Positions 61,901-64,000 of a DNA stretch of 64,000 bases are shown here, one piece after another (within the stretch, counting starts at the first letter, position 1; each line of letters starts with the position of its first letter). The position numbers were made by a program, and so were the translations under genes. The notes below the pieces were generated by a model. That model had not been told where the DNA came from. It was given only the letters and a program-made list of their open reading frames with translations, and made no database searches. The DNA comes from Gammaproteobacteria bacterium. Lineage in GTDB: Bacteria > Pseudomonadota > Gammaproteobacteria > G965277405. The stretch lies in NCBI GenBank assembly GCA_965277405.1, contig OZ255726.1:544001-608000 (forward strand), in the 5' to 3' direction.

Positions 61901-64000
61901 TAACGCTGGGATATTATCATTCACCGTGATGCTGATATCTGCGCTGCTAGTGCCGCCGCTATTCGTCGCTGTTATTGTATACGTTGCCTCTTCTTCATGC
62001 AGTGCGGTTGGGGTTCCTGTTATCTGGCAACTAGCTCCGTCTGTCGTTTTCTTAAGTGTTAAACCATCAGGCCATGCTGCGCTATTATCCCCGCCTACTT
62101 CGCAGCTTGTCACCGCACCGCCTGTGTTGCCAAAATCAACAGCTGCTATCGCTGTGTCTATTGTGTAATGCTGCGGACTGGGACTTACTAACGCTGGGAT
62201 ATTATCATTCACAGTGATGCTGATATCTGCGCTGCTATCGCCACCGCTATTAGACGCTGTGATGGTATACGTTGCCTCTTCTTCATGCAGTGCGGTTGGG
62301 GTTCCTGTTATCTGGCAACTAGCTCCGTCTGGCGTTTTCTTAAGTGTTAAACCATCAGGCCATGCTGCGCTATTATCCCCGCCTACTTCGCAACTTGTCA
62401 CCGCACCACCTGTGTTGCCAAAATCAACAGCTGCTATCGCTGTGTCTATTGTGTAATGCTGCGGACTGGGACTTACTAACGCTGGGATATTATCGTTCAC
62501 CGTGATGCTGATATCTGCGTTGCTAGTGCCGCCGCTATTCGACGCTGTTATTGTATACGTTGCCTCTTCTTCATGCAGTGCGGTTGGCGTTCCTGTTATT
62601 TGGCAACTAGCTCCGTCTGGCGTTTTCTTAAGTGTTAAACCATCAGGCCATGCTGCGCTATTATCCCCGCCTACTTCGCAACTTGTCACCGCACCGCCTG
62701 TGTTGCCAAAATCAACAGCTGCTATCGCTGTGTTGATGGTGTATATCCGCGGGCTGGGGGTTGCTAGCTCTGGGATATTATCATTCACCGTGATGCTGAT
62801 ATCTGCGCTGCTAGTGCCGCCGCTATTCGACGCTGTTATTGTATACGTTGCCTCTTCTTCATGCAGTGCGGTTGGGGTTCCTGTTATCTGGCAACTAGCT
62901 CCGTCTGGCGTTTTCTTAAGTGTTAAACCATCAGGCCATGCTGCGCTATTATCCCCGCCTACTTCGCAACTTGTCACCGCACCGCCTGTGTTGCCAAAAT
63001 CAACAGCTGCTATCGGCGTGTTGATGGTGTATATCCGCGGGCTGGGGGTTGCTAGCGCTGGGATATTATCGTTCACCGTGATGCTGATATCTGCGCTGCT
63101 AGTGCCGCCGCTATTCGTCGCGGTGATGGTATACGTTATCGGATCTTCTTGCAGTACGGTTGGGGTTCCTGTTATCTGGCAACTAGCTCCGTCTGGCGTT
63201 TTCTTAAGTGTTAAACCATCAGGCCATGCTGCGCTATTATCCCCGCCTACTTCGCAACTTGTCACCGCACCGCCTGTGTTGCCAAAATCAACAGCTGCTA
63301 TCGCTGTGTCTATTGTGTAATGCTGCGGACTGGGACTTACTAACGCTGGGATATTATCGTTCACCGTGATGCTGATATCTGCGCTGCTAGTGCCGCCGCT
63401 ATTCGTCGCGGTGATGGTATACGTTATCGGTTCTTCTTGCAGGGTGGTTGGTATTCCTGTTAGCTGACAAGTTGCTGGATCTGCTATGGTGGCAAGCTGC
63501 AAACCACTAGGTAGCGGTGCTGAAACATCACAGCTTGTTACCGCACCGCCTGTGTTGCCAAAATCAACAGCTGCTATCGGCGTGTTGATGGTGTATATCA
63601 GCGGGCTGGGGGTTGTTGCTAGCTCTGGGATATTATCGTTCACCGTGATGCTGATATCTGCGCTGCTAGTGCCGCCGCTATTCGTCGCGGTGATGGTATA
63701 CGTTATAGCGTCTTCTTGCAGCGTGGTTGGTATTCCTGTTAGCTGACAAGTTGCTGGATCTGCTATGGTGGCAAGCTGCAAACCACCAACTAGCGGCGGT
63801 ACAACGCCACAGCTTGTTACCGCACCGCCTGTGTTGCCAAAATCAACAGCTGCTATCGGCGTGTTGATGGTGTATATCCGCGGGCTGGGGGTTGCTAGCG
63901 CTGGGATATTATCGTTCACCGTGATGCTGATATCTGCGCTGCTAGTGCCGCCGCTATTCGTCGCTGTTATTGTATACGTTATCGCGTCTTCTTGCAGTGC
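52925..64000 (-). CDS. Giant surface protein, 5' end outside the window: at least 32 putative-Ig (He_PIG/cadherin-like) domains, then a kexin-like S8 domain and proprotein-convertase P-domain
   Basis: Frame stays open to the window edge; 92/96-aa repeats TSC..L..CQxTGxPT..YTITAxNSGG; S8 motifs VVDTG, HGTAIAG, ITVGA, YGFGLVN; P-domain ISLTSPAGT..GESIQGHWRITVKD. Confidence 0.88.
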   Translation of the reverse strand, partial: ALQEDAITYTITATNSGGTSSADISITVNDNIPALATPSPRIYTINTPIAAVDFGNTGGAVTSCGVVPPLVGGLQLATIADPATCQLTGIPTTLQEDAITYTITATNSGGTSSADISITVNDNIPELATTPSPLIYTINTPIAAVDFGNTGGAVTSCDVSAPLPSGLQLATIADPATCQLTGIPTTLQEEPITYTITATNSGGTSSADISITVNDNIPALVSPSPQHYTIDTAIAAVDFGNTGGAVTSCEVGGDNSAAWPDGLTLKKTPDGASCQITGTPTVLQEDPITYTITATNSGGTSSADISITVNDNIPALATPSPRIYTINTPIAAVDFGNTGGAVTSCEVGGDNSAAWPDGLTLKKTPDGASCQITGTPTALHEEEATYTITASNSGGTSSADISITVNDNIPELATPSPRIYTINTAIAAVDFGNTGGAVTSCEVGGDNSAAWPDGLTLKKTPDGASCQITGTPTALHEEEATYTITASNSGGTSNADISITVNDNIPALVSPSPQHYTIDTAIAAVDFGNTGGAVTSCEVGGDNSAAWPDGLTLKKTPDGASCQITGTPTALHEEEATYTITASNSGGDSSADISITVNDNIPALVSPSPQHYTIDTAIAAVDFGNTGGAVTSCEVGGDNSAAWPDGLTLKKTTDGASCQITGTPTALHEEEATYTITATNSGGTSSADISITVNDNIPALVSPSPQHYTIDTAIAAVDFGNTGGAVTSCEVGGDNSAAWPDGLTLKKTPDGASCQLTGTPTALQEEPITYTITATNSGGTSRAAISITVNDNIPALVNPSPRIYTINTPIAAVDFGNAGGAVTSCDVAPQLIGGLQLATIADPATCQLTGIPTTLQEDPITYTITATNSGGDSSADISITVNDNIPALVNPSPRIYTINTAIAAVDFGNTGGAVTSCGVAPPLVGGLQLATIADPATCQLTGIPTALQEEPITYTITATNSGGTSRAAISITVNDNIPELVNPNPRIYTINTPIAAVDFGNTGGAVTSCGVAPPLVGGLQLATIADPATCQLTGIPTALQEEPITYTITATNSGGTSRAAISITVNDNIPELVNPNPRIYTINTPIAAVDFDNAGGAVTSCDVAPQLIGGLQLATIADPATCQLTGIPTTLQEDAITYTITATNSGGTSSADISITVNDNIPELATPSPQHYTIDTAIAAVDFGNTGGAVTSCEVGGDNSAAWPDGLTLKKTTDGASCQITGTPTALHEEEATYTITATNSGGTSSAAITITVNDNIPALVSPSPQHYTIDTAIAAVDFGNTGGAVTSCEVGGDNSAAWPDGLTLKKTTDGASCQLTGTPTALHEEEATYTITASNSGGTSSADISITVNDNIPELVSPSPQHYTIDTAIPAVNFSNTGGAVTSCEVGGDNSAAWPDGLTLKKTPDGASCQITGTPTALHEDATTYTITATNSGGTSSADISITVNDNIPELVSPSPQHYTIDTAIPTVNFSNTGGAVTSCEVGGDNSAAWPDGLTLKKTPDGASCQITGIPITLQEDPITYTITATNSGGTDIAAISITVNDAQPNLISPPPQLFTINTAIPTVNFVNFGGDVTSCDVSPQLVGDLQLATIADPATCQLTGIPTTLQEDAITYTITATNSGGDSSADISITVNDNIPELVNPSPRIYTINTPIAAVDFGNTGGAVTSCDVAPQLIGGLQLATIADPATCQLTGMPTTLQEDSITYTITATNSGGDSSADISITVNDNIPELATPSPRIYTINTPIAAVDFGNTGGAVTSCGVVPPLVGGLQLATIADPATCQLTGTPIVLQEDPITYTITATNSGGTSSADISITVNDNIPALVNPSPRIYTINTAIAAVDFSNTGGAVTSCNVSAPLPSGLQLATIADPATCQLTGIPTTLQEDAITYTITATNSGGTSSADISITVNDNIPALVSPSPQHYTIDTAIPTVNFSNTGGAVTSCEVGGDNSAAWPDGLTLKKTPDGASCQITGTPTALHEEEATYTITATNSGGTSSADISITVNDNIPALVSPSPQHYTIDTAIAAVDFGNTGGAVTSCEVGGDNSAAWPDGLTLKKTTDGASCQITGTPTALHEEEATYTITATNSGGTSSADISITVNDNIPALVNPSPRIYTINTPIAAVDFGNTGGAVTSCDVSTPLPSGLQLATIADPATCQLTGIPTTLQEDAITYTITATNSGGTSSADISITVNDNIPALATPSPQHYTIDTAIPTVNFSNTGGAVTSCEVGGDNSAAWPDGLTLKKTPDGASCQITGTPTALHEEEATYTITASNSGGTSSADISITVNDNIPALATPSPRIYTINTAIAAVDFGNTGGAVTSCEVGGDNSAAWPDGLTLKKTPDGASCQITGTPTALHEEEATYTITASNSGGTSSAAISITVNDNIPALVSPSPQHYTIDTAIAAVDFGNTGGAVTSCGVVPPLVGGLQLATIADPATCQLTGTPTVLQEEPITYTITATNSGGTSSAAISITVNDNIPALVSPSPQHYTIDTAIAAVDFGNTGGAVTSCGVVPPLVGGLQLATIADPATCQLTGIPTTLQEDAITYTITATNSGGDSSADISITVNDNIPELVNPSPRIYTINTPIAAVDFGNTGGAVTSCDVAPQLIGGLQLATIADPATCQLTGIPTTLQEEPITYTITATNSGGTSSAAISITVNDNIPELASPSPQHYTIDTAIAAVDFGNTGGAVTSCEVGGDNSAAWPDGLTLKKTPDGASCQITGTPTTLQEDPITYTITASNSGGTSSADISITVNYDIPPILGRLADQYYIIGIPIQAVNFLNFGGDVISCDIAPQLAGGLQLAVATFLGKATCQITGTPTVPQEYEIMYTIKGSNSGGESRATVLIEIYENPFSGRSYASNPQRSARSARSARIEPQRRSRSRRSIALRDSITVNDQTPNDQTANDQAPALLYNNTAMVFVVSDRIPQHIIIENNGGDVTSCTPTPPLPPGLALNIAVGGNGRSTCQIDGSPNNVSATQTSNYVITGSNSAGDSSADVLITAIYALPQMDDKIAQTMLTYQNQQQWQFVNTVEIVRCSIAPPLPAGLTLVVANDSCAIQGSPTIVASKAEYVVSGYVSNVVDFPVSTATIFMTAVNSNCDTDTLVSLPDSNPLEKYQWYLDGRQQGQIATGMDASKMDSSIHLNLQRAWRTDGCLGQGTLVSVVDTGLQITHPDLADNIDPRQGYAFATGSFMQPNAATGTTDPSPRGSDGDHGTAIAGLIAMADNGMGGLGVAPKAKLLGFNNMAAGVNSNATYLQYSVGDGDPSATDSPAVEADIVYLGDQLASRLDHIGTPATAAIGSNAIIMRRIQDGRNGKGVIFIKPAGDSYIGDGDACSQANVIGTSCGLAGFDKEDILPIITVGAVNAFGKRASYAAAGAIWVSGFGGEQGSPSAGEPGMLAGEPGMFTTDVTSCSRGYSNHELADNAASNVLANQFHHDDPTCNYTNTFHGTRAAAAIVSGAVALLLSQHPALTIWDVRYILAKTATIIDADYTVTTDIPGSGAYQFSRGWITNAAGLNYSDWYGFGLVNVDAALAMAKSYSQLITHDRIEAITKNHTFVPMLVPNKNSDGVSKELYVAATGKIDHLNLFVKLTTTALQDIEISLTSPAGTSYPAYPAGNGHTQANLGYQQPIAVHAFLGESIQGHWRITVKDLFAAGDFVADDNTDYADSHDDTFSQWQLVIKYHQD
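55735..64000 (-). repeat. Coding tandem array of 29+ near-identical 276/288-bp Ig-domain repeats of two core types
   Basis: 15 units with CEVGGDNSAAWPDGLTLKKT and 14 with CxVxPxL..GLQLATIADPATC counted in the translation. Confidence 0.9.

Noticed and set aside
53124-63746. Many repeated plus-strand ORFs (MMLISALLVPP..., MVASCKPP...)
   Set aside because: Antisense shadows of the Ig repeat array.
63917-63919. GTG start of the 3664-aa ORF
   Set aside because: It is a Val inside a repeat. The frame stays open to base 64000, so the gene starts outside the window.

Overview
The window is chromosomal DNA from a divergent gammaproteobacterium, probably host-associated (inferred from gene content). 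Housekeeping core: leuC-oadGAB-ampG-rlmE, mrcA, metY, clpS-clpA, rimP-nusA-infB-ybgC-tolQRA, fba-ybeY-corC-lnt-murJ, thrB, tRNA-Pro(TGG), icd, lldD, pabB, cinA and accBC. Two giant repeat-built surface-protein genes bracket this core. (1) 320..6709 encodes a lipoprotein with three arrays of exactly ten 41-aa RCC1/BLIP-II-like repeats, 7 FN3 domains and a discoidin-like tip. The repeats have a near-invariant DNA framework and two hypervariable, reshuffled patches. Its signal region holds a 31-bp direct repeat around a 35-bp GC-rich insert that resembles an ectopic CRISPR spacer integration. (2) 52925..>64000 (minus strand) encodes at least 32 mosaic Ig-like domains, a polybasic furin-type linker and a kexin-like S8/P-domain module whose catalytic Ser is replaced by Arg. 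Intergenic DNA is full of one IS5-derived family: a frameshifted IS5, eight complete or partial ~290-bp MITEs, two 52-bp mini-MITEs and TIR scars. These nest in each other, donate stop codons and sit at apparent synteny breakpoints. All calls are by eye from motifs; no database searches were run.
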